This document shows, one piece after another, positions 10,142 to 19,576 of a stretch of 64,000 nt of DNA. The stretch's first letter is position 1. The number at the start of each line of letters is the position of its first letter. The notes beneath the pieces are model-generated. The model had not been told where the DNA came from and ran no database searches. It was given only the letters and a program-made list of their open reading frames with translations. This DNA is from Candidatus Latescibacterota bacterium (GTDB lineage Bacteria > Latescibacterota > UBA2968 > GCA-2709665), in contig OZ250150.1 of NCBI GenBank assembly GCA_965237675.1, positions 4,800,001 to 4,864,000 on the forward strand. The letters run 5' to 3'. The translations under genes and the position numbers were made by a program.

Positions 10142-10882
10142 TCAAAGCCGGCTGCCGGGTCCCCTGTTCACGCCTTTTTGCGAAATGGCGACCAGATGAT
10201 CGAAAATGCGGTCCCACACCGTGCCAGGCATCGCTTCCGGGTGAAACTGAACGCCAACAATGCGTCCATCTTTCGTCTCAATCCCTTCGATCACCCCGTC
10301 TTCGCTTACCGCATTCACGCGGAGCCCGACCCCCGGACCCTCTATGGCCTGAATGTGCGAACTGTTTACCTCGACGGGGTCACCGGGCCGCCCGGTCATG
10401 CGGGCAAGCCAGGTATCCGCTTGTGTCCGTACGTGGTGCCGCACCGGACGTTCTCTCGACCGCTTTGGGGAATGGGCACATTTGCCGAGTTGGGCTTGCA
10501 AATCCCCGTAAATCGCTCCGTCGAATTGGGCATTGATGAACTGCATGCCGTAGCAAATGCCCAGCATGGGGAGACCCCGTTCTCGTGCGCCGTGGAAGAC
10601 CCACGCATCCGTACGGGCACGGGTCGCGTCCACAGGCGGCAAGTCCTCAGGGAGAACGCCGACCAGGCCCTCCGTGATGCCGGGACCACCCGTAATGATC
10701 AGCCCGTCGATCCGGTCGAGCACCGGCGCAAGCGCATCTCTGTGTTCGACCATTGGCAGAATCACCGGGCATCCGCCGGCGCGCTCCACCGCACGAACAT
10801 ATGCGCGACTCACAACCTGCCGGGAATCCCCGCTTTCGGACGTTTCAACGCTCGTGGTGATGCCAATTACGGGCCTGGACAT
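10142..10882 (-). CDS. Peptidase C26 / gamma-glutamyl-gamma-aminobutyrate hydrolase family glutamine amidotransferase
   Basis: RPVIGIT, LGICYGMQ, VNSSHIQ and GVQFHPE motifs. Confidence 0.9.
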   Translation of the reverse strand: MSRPVIGITTSVETSESGDSRQVVSRAYVRAVERAGGCPVILPMVEHRDALAPVLDRIDGLIITGGPGITEGLVGVLPEDLPPVDATRARTDAWVFHGARERGLPMLGICYGMQFINAQFDGAIYGDLQAQLGKCAHSPKRSRERPVRHHVRTQADTWLARMTGRPGDPVEVNSSHIQAIEGPGVGLRVNAVSEDGVIEGIETKDGRIVGVQFHPEAMPGTVWDRIFDHLVAISQKGVNRGPGSRL

Positions 10883-10926
10883 ATGTCCTCCCGCACCGTT
10901 CGAAGCGCCATGCGACGCCCACGATT

Positions 10927-11643
10927 TTACGATATTATCAACCGGACGCCGATGGCCAGCACCAGTGTCAGAATTGCCCTGTTGAACCACACAACCGGCA
11001 ACCGGCGGTTCATCAGAATGCCGATTGCCACGCCCGCGGCGAGCGTCGGGAGCATCCATAGATCCATCAGCCAGACTTCACGGCCCAGCAGACCCAGTTT
11101 TGCGTAAGCCACGGATTTCATGGTATTCAGCGCCAGCCCGACCAACACCGCCGTGGATACAAAAACCCGACCACTCAACCCCTGGGGCATCAGGTAGAGC
11201 ATGAGTATAATTCCACCCGAATGGGTGAGTACCGAGACGACACCCAACGCGACGCCTGCGGCAACTCCCGAGGCGTGTGGGACTTTCGGCAGCCGGTCCT
11301 TAAATGCCTGCAACACCCCGAAGACACACGCCAATCCGCCAAGCATCCGCCGGAACCAGAGTTCCGGGATCGCATCGAGCAATACCCAGCCAACCAACAC
11401 ACCCACCGCCATTCCAGGAAGGAGAACGACGACGAATCTCGCAACCCGGTACTTCCAGTAAAACCTGATTGCGATCAAATCCGCCGCGAGAGATAGCGGA
11501 AGCATGACGCCAAGCGCCATCTTGGCCGGCATCACGAGCGCCAGCAGCGGCGTCACGACCACCCCCACGCCGCCGCCAAACCCCGCTTTCATCACGCCAA
11601 TAAGCAGGCCTGCCAACGCCAGCACCAGATGCGTAATGTCCAA
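10927..11643 (-). CDS. TauE/SafE sulfite exporter family membrane protein
   Basis: Multi-TM hydrophobic profile with KAGFGGG and THSGG motifs. Confidence 0.85.
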   Translation of the reverse strand: MDITHLVLALAGLLIGVMKAGFGGGVGVVVTPLLALVMPAKMALGVMLPLSLAADLIAIRFYWKYRVARFVVVLLPGMAVGVLVGWVLLDAIPELWFRRMLGGLACVFGVLQAFKDRLPKVPHASGVAAGVALGVVSVLTHSGGIILMLYLMPQGLSGRVFVSTAVLVGLALNTMKSVAYAKLGLLGREVWLMDLWMLPTLAAGVAIGILMNRRLPVVWFNRAILTLVLAIGVRLIIS

Positions 11644-11822
11644 ACAGCCCCCTGTATATCCCGGAACCGGGCCAACAGTCCCCGCACCGGCAGGCGATTG
11701 TCAGCCGCCTCCCCTTCGCCCGGCGATGTCGCCGGAGTCCCGGTTCACAGAATTTCAAGTATAACACACCGGGGCCCAGGTAAAAAGACAAAATCGAGCC
11801 TCATGTCCCGGTCAGGTCATCC

Positions 11823-11851
11823 TTGACAGCCTCCATCCATCTGGATATGTT
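11823..11851 (+). promoter_or_regulatory. Sigma70-type promoter for the YkgJ-family gene
   Basis: TTGACA-17 nt-TATGTT. Confidence 0.5.
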
Positions 11852-11986
11852 TGGCACGGAAAGATCGTATTCAACCGTGGCGTGGCGTCGAGACCACCGG
11901 AAAAACGATCGACGAAACGCCACTTATTGAAACCCGTAGGCACGACACCCTCCGATTTAAATTCAAGGCGTCGAGGATTCCATACG

Positions 11987-12535
11987 ATGGCGAAGGCATG
12001 GAAGCACCTTCTTGGATTCCGTTGCACCGGTTGCGGTAACTGTTGCAGGGAACCCATCGCGCTGGTGACGGACGAAGACATCCGGCGCATCACCATGTCT
12101 ACGGGACGGGACGCCGTAGAAGTCGTTGAATTCTATACACCCGGTGAAATTGAATGGAGCGTCTCGAATCCGGGATGGATCAGGCTCGAAGACGAACACC
12201 ACATCATGGGCTTGAGCCGGAATGAAGACGGATGCCGATTTCTCGGGAAGGACGACCTCTGCACCATTTATGAATTTCGCCCGGTAACCTGTCGCCGCTA
12301 TCCCTTCAACGTTGAATTCGACGCGCACGGCGGGATCGAATTTCTCAGCATCAGCGATGTGGTTGAATGTCCGTACGAACTCGACGGCCAAAACTCGCTC
12401 ATGCAGATCAAGGCCATGTGCGATTGGGAAGAAAAAGAAGAGCAGTGTTATTACGAGCGGGTCGAATCCTGGAACAGGAAGGAAAAGGCAGGCGGCAAAC
12501 GTGAATTTCTGAAATATCTGGGGTTTGAGAAATAA
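11987..12535 (+). CDS. YkgJ family cysteine-cluster protein
   Basis: FRCTGCGNCC...CRFL...CTIYEFRPVTCRRYPF. Confidence 0.88.
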   Translation: MAKAWKHLLGFRCTGCGNCCREPIALVTDEDIRRITMSTGRDAVEVVEFYTPGEIEWSVSNPGWIRLEDEHHIMGLSRNEDGCRFLGKDDLCTIYEFRPVTCRRYPFNVEFDAHGGIEFLSISDVVECPYELDGQNSLMQIKAMCDWEEKEEQCYYERVESWNRKEKAGGKREFLKYLGFEK

Positions 12536-12630
12536 GCGCGAAAGTCCCGGTTCCCCTGCGACCTCTTCCCGTCACAAAACCGGGAAACCAACCGACCGCC
12601 CGGCGAGGAGAAAACCCCTTAACCCTATCG

Positions 12631-13410
12631 TCAGCAGTTACCGCCGAAAACCGCTCTTTTCAATTTCCGCAGCAGACAGAACAGCCACCGCACGTCTCTT
12701 ATAAGCGGTAATTTAAAGTAGAGTCCGAGTCCGTATTTCCGTCGGACGGACCAGATCGCCCGGTCGTCGGACTCCTTTCGGCTGATATTGGCACCGTGGA
12801 TCCGATAGAAAAAAAGAGGCTGTGGCACATAGCATCCACGCCCCCCCTGTCTCAAGACGACATTCAACCAGAGGTCCCAATCCTGATAACGCCGCAGCGA
12901 TTCGTCAAACCCGGGAAAACAACCGGCCCGCAACAGTGAGGCGAGATCTACATAATTTCCCTGTCGCAGCCGGTCCGGCTGAAAGGGACCGGACCTCCAG
13001 ACCCCCTCCGGCTCCGGATGCCATGAGCCATCCCCGTCTGTGAAATTGATGCGATCGCAATACACAAAATCAAGGCCGGGCCTCACGCGTGACGCCCCGT
13101 GAAGGACATCCAGGAATTCGGGAGCCATATAGTTGTCCGCGTCGAAAAAGACAACCCATTCGGCCGTGACCTGAGTGAAGCCAAAGTTGCGGGATCTGTT
13201 TCCGTTCAGGAATTCAACCCGCCGGTAATCCACCTCAGGAAACTGCCGGACGACAGCCTCGGTCTCGTCCGTGCTGGCGTCGTCCACAACCAGGACGGAC
13301 GCCGGCTTCAACACTTGAGATTCAATCGATTGCAGGCATTGCCGCAAGTAACGGCCATAGTTGTGACAGGTGACAATAACGGCAATATCGGCCTTTTTTT
13401 CTGGTTTCAC
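12631..13410 (-). CDS. Glycosyltransferase family 2
   Basis: VTCHNYG, VDDASTD, FFDADN and QDWDLW motifs; start codon approximate. Confidence 0.88.
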   Translation of the reverse strand: MKPEKKADIAVIVTCHNYGRYLRQCLQSIESQVLKPASVLVVDDASTDETEAVVRQFPEVDYRRVEFLNGNRSRNFGFTQVTAEWVVFFDADNYMAPEFLDVLHGASRVRPGLDFVYCDRINFTDGDGSWHPEPEGVWRSGPFQPDRLRQGNYVDLASLLRAGCFPGFDESLRRYQDWDLWLNVVLRQGGRGCYVPQPLFFYRIHGANISRKESDDRAIWSVRRKYGLGLYFKLPLIRDVRWLFCLLRKLKRAVFGGNC

Positions 13411-13429
13411 CTTAGGCGCCTGGTGCTCG

Positions 13430-14419
13430 TCATTGGGTCGGGGCTTGCGCTCTGGACATGCGCAGAAGTTCCACCTGGTATTCCAGCCCCAGCAGCCCTT
13501 CTTTTTCGGAAACAACCGCCCGCTGGCCAGAACCCTTCACCCAGGAAACGAAGGCCTCGATTAAAATATGCAGGAAATCGTTGCATTGAAACGATTCGCC
13601 GCCGTGGACCAGCCGTGCGCGGTAAACCCCCCCGGTATCTTCGTACCCCTCCCAATCCACCATAAAGCCGTTCACACCGAACCGCCGGGCCGGTATGCCT
13701 TCGTCGATATCCCGTAACACCAGTTCGACGGCGCAGCGCCCACCTGGGCTGACATATTCGAAACGTGCCCGATTCTCCCGTTCTTCGATTTCACAGACCG
13801 CTGTTCGTGTATCCATCCTGCCTTCCGGCAGGAATCCGATGACCAGACTCAACGCATGCGGGGCGACATCCGCCCAGATTTCCTCGTAGCGTTTTGGCCC
13901 CTTTCTTCCCCTCACCTCCATTTCCATCGTAATCCGCCTCACTTCGTCCCACGCCCCGCGGACCTGCTCATAAAAATTCCGGTAATGCGGAATGCCGGCC
14001 GGGTACTGGGCAGACACCCCCAGCAGACGGCCGGCGTCCTTCGCTTTGCCCACAACGGTCCGCCCGTCCGCAAGAATCTCATCCAGTTCCTTGTGTCTAT
14101 CCCAGCAGAACGGCTTCTCGCACAGCACGTGGGCCCCAGCGTCGAGCGCGGCAAGCGCGTGTGTCTTGTGCATCGGATATGGGCTCGTCACCGCGACAAT
14201 GTCGGGCGCCTCCTCCCGGAGCATTGCTTCCACATCCTGATATGCCCGGCCGCAGAATCCGAAGTACGACGCCAACCGCGCACGGGTGTGCTCGCACGAA
14301 TCCTGCGAAGTACCCGAAAACGCAACCACCTCGCACCCCGAAAGATGGTACCACCGGGCATGATGCTGACCGATTCCACTGGCGCCGATGACGGCGACCC
14401 TGAGAGGCTTGGTATCCAT
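13430..14419 (-). CDS. Gfo/Idh/MocA family oxidoreductase
   Basis: VAVIGASGIG and HVLCEKP motifs. True start ATG 14419 with RBS GAGGAG; the longer ORF extension runs through a repeat element. Confidence 0.88.
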   Translation of the reverse strand: MDTKPLRVAVIGASGIGQHHARWYHLSGCEVVAFSGTSQDSCEHTRARLASYFGFCGRAYQDVEAMLREEAPDIVAVTSPYPMHKTHALAALDAGAHVLCEKPFCWDRHKELDEILADGRTVVGKAKDAGRLLGVSAQYPAGIPHYRNFYEQVRGAWDEVRRITMEMEVRGRKGPKRYEEIWADVAPHALSLVIGFLPEGRMDTRTAVCEIEERENRARFEYVSPGGRCAVELVLRDIDEGIPARRFGVNGFMVDWEGYEDTGGVYRARLVHGGESFQCNDFLHILIEAFVSWVKGSGQRAVVSEKEGLLGLEYQVELLRMSRAQAPTQ

Positions 14420-14430
14420 AACCGCTCCTC

Positions 14431-14752
14431 GTGTTCTGTCCCGGAAATAGATTGCCGAAATTCGGCCGACGAATCGCCCGGCTCCCTGAGCCGGTGCCCT
14501 GAGCTTGTCGAAGGGTAGCGAAACGCGGGCATTTGGACAAGCTCGTTTCGACAAGCTCAACGCACGCAATGACCACGCGTCGGCGAGCTCGTTTCCACAG
14601 GCGCGCTTCGACAAGCTCAGCGCAGGCAACGCAGGCAACGGACGCAACATACGCAACGCAACGAGGCGGAATGAACCGGCGCCTGTCTGCGTGCGTGCTG
14701 CCTCACGCACGCAGACAGGGTAAAGTGGTGACATATTTCTGGGACAGGACAC
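14431..14752. mobile_element. MITE-like element (322 bp) with nested REP-like palindromes
   Basis: Terminal inverted repeats GTGTTCTGTCCCGGAAATA / TATTTCTGGGACAGGACAC. Homologous to 30694-30821 and 52633-52670. Confidence 0.8.
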
Positions 14753-14851
14753 CAGTAATGAATTCAACACCGGCCTTACGTAAAATAGATATCCTCGATT
14801 TCGCAGCCAATCGTTTTTTTAACGCTCCACCTCAAAAAGGCCGGATTTTTC

Positions 14852-14880
14852 TTGACGTTTGAGAACCGAACTCATATGTT
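14852..14880 (+). promoter_or_regulatory. Sigma70 promoter with overlapping Fur-box-like palindrome
   Basis: TTGACG-17 nt-TATGTT with TGAGAAC-C-GAACTCA (imperfect 7-1-7) in the spacer, upstream of the TonB receptor remnant and ferritin. Confidence 0.55.
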
Positions 14881-15057
14881 TCAGTTATATAACAAATGTC
14901 ATATATATTTAATAATTGATTTCTCTATATACTATGGATGCCAACCGTCAATGAAATGTGGGTTCACGCCCGGAGAATCGGAAAACGTTACCGCAAACGA
15001 CCGAATGTGCGACAGGCCTAAACCAGCCGCCTGACGGCAAAAGGAGAGAGTAGAAAG

Positions 15058-15411
15058 ATCAAGAGCATCGCGCAACCTTATCTCGGAAGACGTCTTCTAA
15101 CCTGCGCCTTCGGCGTCCTTGTGCTTTCCGGGACCGGCGGGAGCACGGCGCTCGCGGAGGACTCAACCGCCACAGCCACACTCGCACCGGCCGACTCGAT
15201 TCTGGCCGAAGTCATCGTCCTGGACCGCGTAATGGTCATCGGAGATCCGGACAGGTCAGGCACGCACCTCACGGCCCGGGAAAACAAGGTGTCCGTATGG
15301 ATCCCCGGCCTTGGCGTCAACTACAAACTGCCATCCGGCGCAAGTGTCTTTGCCGGCGTCCGTCCCGGCCTTCCACGCAGGCTGATCGGTGGCGTCAAAA
15401 CGGACTTCCAG
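15058..15411 (+). pseudogene. Internally deleted FecA-like TonB-dependent receptor remnant
   Basis: Signal peptide, LDRVMVIG (TonB-box-like), RENKVSVWIPGLGVNY...SVFAGV and C-terminal RPGLPRRLIGGVKTDF. ATC stands where ATG is expected and CAG where a stop is expected. Confidence 0.7.
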
Positions 15412-15433
15412 CGTTCTGTCCCGGAAATAGATT
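15411..15433. repeat. Solo terminal repeat of the MITE family
   Basis: GCGTTCTGTCCCGGAAATAGATT matches 14431-14453 at 22 of 23 positions. Confidence 0.75.
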
Positions 15434-15601
15434 CAGGTATCGAAACCCTTGTTTTTTTTTCGCTTTTTGGTATACTTAAAATCCCTTCGTTTGTCGTCAC
15501 ATTACAGATGAGATAGGGTGAGCCATTGTGCGCAGTCTATCGCGTAAACCGGGATTGACCCTCTTACGTGCTCTGTTCATTTGTCCGCATGGAGAATGTG
15601 A

Positions 15602-16111
15602 ATGCTTAAAGATAATGTACAGGCCGCCTTGAATGATCAGTTGAATTCCGAACTCTACGCCTCGTATTATTATCTTTCGATTTCCGCTTATTTTCATGCC
15701 ATCAACCTGACCGGTTTTGCCTCCTGGATGCGCGCTCAAGCCCAGGAGGAATTGATGCATGCCATGAAGGTTTACGACTTTATCAACGACCGGGAAGGCG
15801 ACGTGGCGCTAACGACCATCGCGGCGCCCAAACGGCAGTGGGACAATTCCCTGGCGGCGTTCGAAGATGCCTATCAACATGAGAAGGCCGTAACCGCTCA
15901 GATCTACGACCTTGTGGACCTTAGCCTTACGGAAAGAGACCACGCCACCAACACCTTTCTCCAGTGGTTCGTGACCGAACAGGTGGAAGAAGAAGCCACC
16001 GCGAGCGATATCGTTAACAAGCTGAAATTGGTTGGCAACGACGGCAACGGCCTGTTTATTCTGGACAGAGATCTGGGTACGCGCGGCCCGGAAGCCGGAG
16101 CGAACGAATAA
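15602..16111 (+). CDS. ftnA: Non-heme ferritin
   Basis: LNDQLNSELYASYYY, QAQEELMHAMK, AYQHEKAVT and FLQWFVTEQVEEE motifs. Confidence 0.95.
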   Translation: MLKDNVQAALNDQLNSELYASYYYLSISAYFHAINLTGFASWMRAQAQEELMHAMKVYDFINDREGDVALTTIAAPKRQWDNSLAAFEDAYQHEKAVTAQIYDLVDLSLTERDHATNTFLQWFVTEQVEEEATASDIVNKLKLVGNDGNGLFILDRDLGTRGPEAGANE

Positions 16112-16214
16112 ACGCGCCGACCGGGGCGCACCTCCCCGTCGGCCGTCCACTACCTCCGCCGATTTCTGCCGATCCCGTTTCTTTACATGGTTCAATAAAA
16201 ACCGCGATCCTGGG

Positions 16215-16243
16215 TTGACAAAACGCCAGTCGTGTGTTATCAT
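16215..16243 (+). promoter_or_regulatory. Sigma70 promoter about 480 nt upstream of the sigma factor gene
   Basis: TTGACA-17 nt-TATCAT. Confidence 0.6.
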
Positions 16244-16721
16244 GCTATTTCACACGACTTTCGGTACATTGGAACCGAAAAAATTCGGTTTGACCCCGAG
16301 TCGCCGGAGGTATCAGCCGTACCCCTCGGTTGCGAAACGGTGATTCCGGGAAAGAACCTGCTCTCCGGCTGAAAGTAAGATCCAGGTTGGAGAAACAAGG
16401 AGGTGCAGATCAGGAAATAGGCTCAGGGAACCTTTCCCCTACACGGTTCTCGTCTCTTTCTCCTGTTTTCCCCACAAGTTCAACTCCTCGCCCCGAGAGG
16501 AGTCAGACTCTCCAGATTCCCCTTCTCCCTTTCTTCTTTCGTCCCCTTTCCAGATCGTGTTGTTCACGTTCACAGGCGGTGTTTTCGAACCTGTCTGTCG
16601 TCGGTAGTGTATGGTACCCGCACAGGATTGTCTACGTACGGGTTCCGGCGTATTTCCTGTTTGATTGAAATACGCCCGGTTCCCGCATGCAGACGTCCGC
16701 ACCATTGCCTGGGGGAAAGTA

Positions 16722-17603
16722 ATGCCTGCAACGGTAATGAGCCAGCAGAACCGAATCTCATCACGGGGAACGAAGCGGACGGCGCTTGAGCTTTATCTCA
16801 AGGATATCGCGTATAATGATCTGCTCACGCCGCAACAAGAGGTGGCATTGGCGAAGCGAATCAGGGCCGGCGACCGCAAGAGTCTGGATCAGATGGTCGA
16901 GTCCAACCTGCGGTTTGTCATCACGATCGCCAAAGAGTACCAGGGGCGGGGCTTGCCCCTGGAAGATCTGATTGCCGAGGGCAACCTCGGGTTGGTTCGC
17001 GCGGCAACGCGGTACGATGAAACGGTGGGGGTCAAATTTACAACCTATGCGGTCTGGTGGATCCGGCAGGGCATTCTCTCGTCGCTTGCCGAAAAAGCCC
17101 GTATGGTCAGGCTTCCGGTAAACAAGATCAAACACCTGTGCCGGCTGGAGCGTATCGCATCAAGCCTGAAGCAGAAACTTGGCAGGGAACCCAGCATCGA
17201 CGAGATTGCGGTGGGGGCGGAGATGCAGCCCAAGCAAGCGCAGGATCTGTTGAACGCATCGCGGTGGCACGTGTCCCTGGACATGCCGCTGGAAGACGGG
17301 CCGGACTCTTCCCTGCTGGAAGTCCTGGAAGACAAAGACCAGGTATCGCCCGAGGTTGAAGTCATGGAACAGGCGATGGCCGACGAGATTCGGTCCGCGC
17401 TGAATTCCCTCTCCTCGCGGGAGGCGCGAATTCTACGGCTCTATTTCGGAATCAACGGCCAGGACACAATGACGCTCGAACAAATCGGCAATCTACTCAG
17501 CCTTACAAAGGAGCGAGTCCGACAGATTCGAGACAAGGCCCTTGCCGCACTCAAACACCCGTCGCGAGTGCGCAAAATCCGCGCATACCTAACGGAGAAC
17601 TGA
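16722..17603 (+). CDS. RNA polymerase sigma factor, RpoD/SigA family (lacks region 1.1)
   Basis: LYLKDI, SNLRFVITIAKEY, DLIAEGNLGL, KFTTYAVWWIRQ and TKERVRQI motifs. Confidence 0.93.
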   Translation: MPATVMSQQNRISSRGTKRTALELYLKDIAYNDLLTPQQEVALAKRIRAGDRKSLDQMVESNLRFVITIAKEYQGRGLPLEDLIAEGNLGLVRAATRYDETVGVKFTTYAVWWIRQGILSSLAEKARMVRLPVNKIKHLCRLERIASSLKQKLGREPSIDEIAVGAEMQPKQAQDLLNASRWHVSLDMPLEDGPDSSLLEVLEDKDQVSPEVEVMEQAMADEIRSALNSLSSREARILRLYFGINGQDTMTLEQIGNLLSLTKERVRQIRDKALAALKHPSRVRKIRAYLTEN

Positions 17604-17608
17604 GAACC

Positions 17609-18028
17609 GTGGCACACGATACCCTCAATAATCCGGAATACTCTCTCAGGGGTGCGGTCTCTCCCGTGCTGGACATCGTGGGCGTGCACCACATCACCCT
17701 TGTGGCGAGCAATCTGGATCGATCCAGGTCCTTTTATGAGAAATTCCTGGGTCTGCACCCCATACCCCGGCCCAGTTACGATTTCGAAGGCGCCTGGTAC
17801 CGATGCGGAAGCGTGGAAATACACCTTCTGGTTGCGGAAGAACATCCCGATCCGTCCAGACGCCACATCGCGCTGGAGGTCTCAGACTTTGAACGGGTGA
17901 TCAAAACTCTGGACGTCGAGTGGGTGAATGTTGTCGGCGGCCCGGGAGTCAGACCGCACGACGGAAGCCGGTTTGTCTTTCTCCAGGATCCCGACGGTAA
18001 TCTGATTGAGATCACGTGTCGAGGCTAA
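17609..18028 (+). CDS. VOC/glyoxalase family protein
   Basis: HHITL, FYEKFLG and QDPDGNLIEI motifs. Confidence 0.88.
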   Translation: MAHDTLNNPEYSLRGAVSPVLDIVGVHHITLVASNLDRSRSFYEKFLGLHPIPRPSYDFEGAWYRCGSVEIHLLVAEEHPDPSRRHIALEVSDFERVIKTLDVEWVNVVGGPGVRPHDGSRFVFLQDPDGNLIEITCRG

Positions 18029-18057
18029 AAATCCGGCGGTTGAACCGCCGATGAACG

Positions 18058-18105
18058 CCAAACAGGACAGGGCCGCGATGAATATCGCGGCCCTGTCCTG
18101 TTTGG
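18058..18105. terminator. Perfect 22-bp hairpin between convergent genes
   Basis: CCAAACAGGACAGGGCCGCGAT-gaat-ATCGCGGCCCTGTCCTGTTTGG. Confidence 0.75.
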
Positions 18106-18124
18106 GTTGAGATGGACACGGGTG

Positions 18125-19576
18125 CTACGCGCGCCGGTTCGCCCTCAACACCGGCTTCCGTGCGGCCGTTGCTTCATCCAGCCGCCGTACGGGCGTGTTG
18201 TGGGGCGCACAGCGCAACAGGTCGGGGTCCTCTTTTGCTTCTCGGGCGATCCGGATCATGGCTTCGATAAACTCGTCAAGCTGTTCGAGGCTCTCGGTCT
18301 CCGTCGGCTCGATCAACATCGCCTCCGGCGCCACCCTCGGCAACGGAAAATAAATCGTGGGTGGATGGTGCCCATAATCGATCAGTCTCTTCGCAATATC
18401 CAGCGCGCTCACCCCATTGGCCTTTTTCTGTCGAGACGCCGAGAACACCATTTCATGCATGGGCTGCGCCGATTTCGGGCGATCAAAGTAGGCATCCAGC
18501 CTGCTGGCGATATAATTCGCATTCAAAACGGCCATCTCGCTCGTGCGGCGCATACCTTCCGCACCCAACATTCTGGCGTATACGAAGGCGCGGATCACCA
18601 TCCCGAAATTACCGTAGAAGGAACTCACCTTTCCGATCGACTGCGGGCGATCGAAATCCAGCCGGAAGAGATCGCCTCCTTTTGTGACGACAGGGAGCGG
18701 CAAATACCGCAGCAAAGCTTCCTTCACCCCGACCGGCCCGGACCCGGGGCCGCCACCCCCATGCGGGGTTGTAAAAGTTTTGTGCAAGTTGATATGGACA
18801 ACATCAAAACCCATATCACCCGGCCGGCATTGTCCCAAAAATGCGTTTAAATTCGCTCCATCGTAATAGAGCAGCCCGCCGCCGTCGTGAACCACCTGTT
18901 GAATTTCCAGGATTTCATCCTCAAACACCCCGAACGTATTGGGATTGGTCAGCATCAATCCTGCAACCTGGCTGTTCATCTTCTCTTTCAAATCCGCGAC
19001 ATCCACGGTTCCGCGGTCGGTAGACTTCACTGTCTCCACACGAAAACCGCACATCGCCGCGGTAGCGGGGTTTGTACCGTGCGCCGAATCCGGAATCAAC
19101 ACGATCTGCCGGCTGTCTTTTCTTTCGCAGTGATACGCCGCAATCAATGAGATGCCGACGAACTCTCCCTGCGCTCCGGCCGCCGGCTGAAACGTAAAGC
19201 CGTCCATCCCGGTAACGGCCTTCAATATACCATCCATCTCCCACAGGATCCGTAACGCCGCCTGGGACGACGCCCCATCCGCCAGGGGATGCAATCCGGA
19301 AAAATCGGGAAACCGCGCAACGCGTTCGTGTACCTTGGGATTGTACTTCATCGTACACGAACCCAGCGGATAAAAAGCCGTATCGATGCTGAAATTCATC
19401 GATGAGAGACTCACATAATGGCGCACCAGTTCAAGTTCGCTGACCTCCGGCAACGCCGGCGCGTCATGCCGATACATCCCGTCGGGAATCGGTACTACCG
19501 GGGCGCCAGCATCTGGAAACCTCGTACAACGCCGCCCCTTTTCACCTCTCTCAAAAATCAGGCGATCCTTATCCAT
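18125..19576 (-). CDS. gcvPB: Glycine dehydrogenase (decarboxylating) subunit 2
   Basis: PLGSCTMKYNP, SAHGTNPA and NLHKTFTTPHGGGGPG motifs. Confidence 0.96.
   Translation of the reverse strand: MDKDRLIFERGEKGRRCTRFPDAGAPVVPIPDGMYRHDAPALPEVSELELVRHYVSLSSMNFSIDTAFYPLGSCTMKYNPKVHERVARFPDFSGLHPLADGASSQAALRILWEMDGILKAVTGMDGFTFQPAAGAQGEFVGISLIAAYHCERKDSRQIVLIPDSAHGTNPATAAMCGFRVETVKSTDRGTVDVADLKEKMNSQVAGLMLTNPNTFGVFEDEILEIQQVVHDGGGLLYYDGANLNAFLGQCRPGDMGFDVVHINLHKTFTTPHGGGGPGSGPVGVKEALLRYLPLPVVTKGGDLFRLDFDRPQSIGKVSSFYGNFGMVIRAFVYARMLGAEGMRRTSEMAVLNANYIASRLDAYFDRPKSAQPMHEMVFSASRQKKANGVSALDIAKRLIDYGHHPPTIYFPLPRVAPEAMLIEPTETESLEQLDEFIEAMIRIAREAKEDPDLLRCAPHNTPVRRLDEATAARKPVLRANRRA

Noticed and set aside
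14420-14770. N-terminal extension of the 446-aa ORF (LSLSK/PFDKLR text) and ORFs 14097-14576 and 28076-28333
   Set aside because: These are translations of the palindromic repeats; the real start is 14419 with an RBS.
18045-18060. CCGCCGATGAACGCCA shared with about 51047-51062
   Set aside because: Only two 16-bp copies; may be a degenerate dispersed repeat, but support is too thin.
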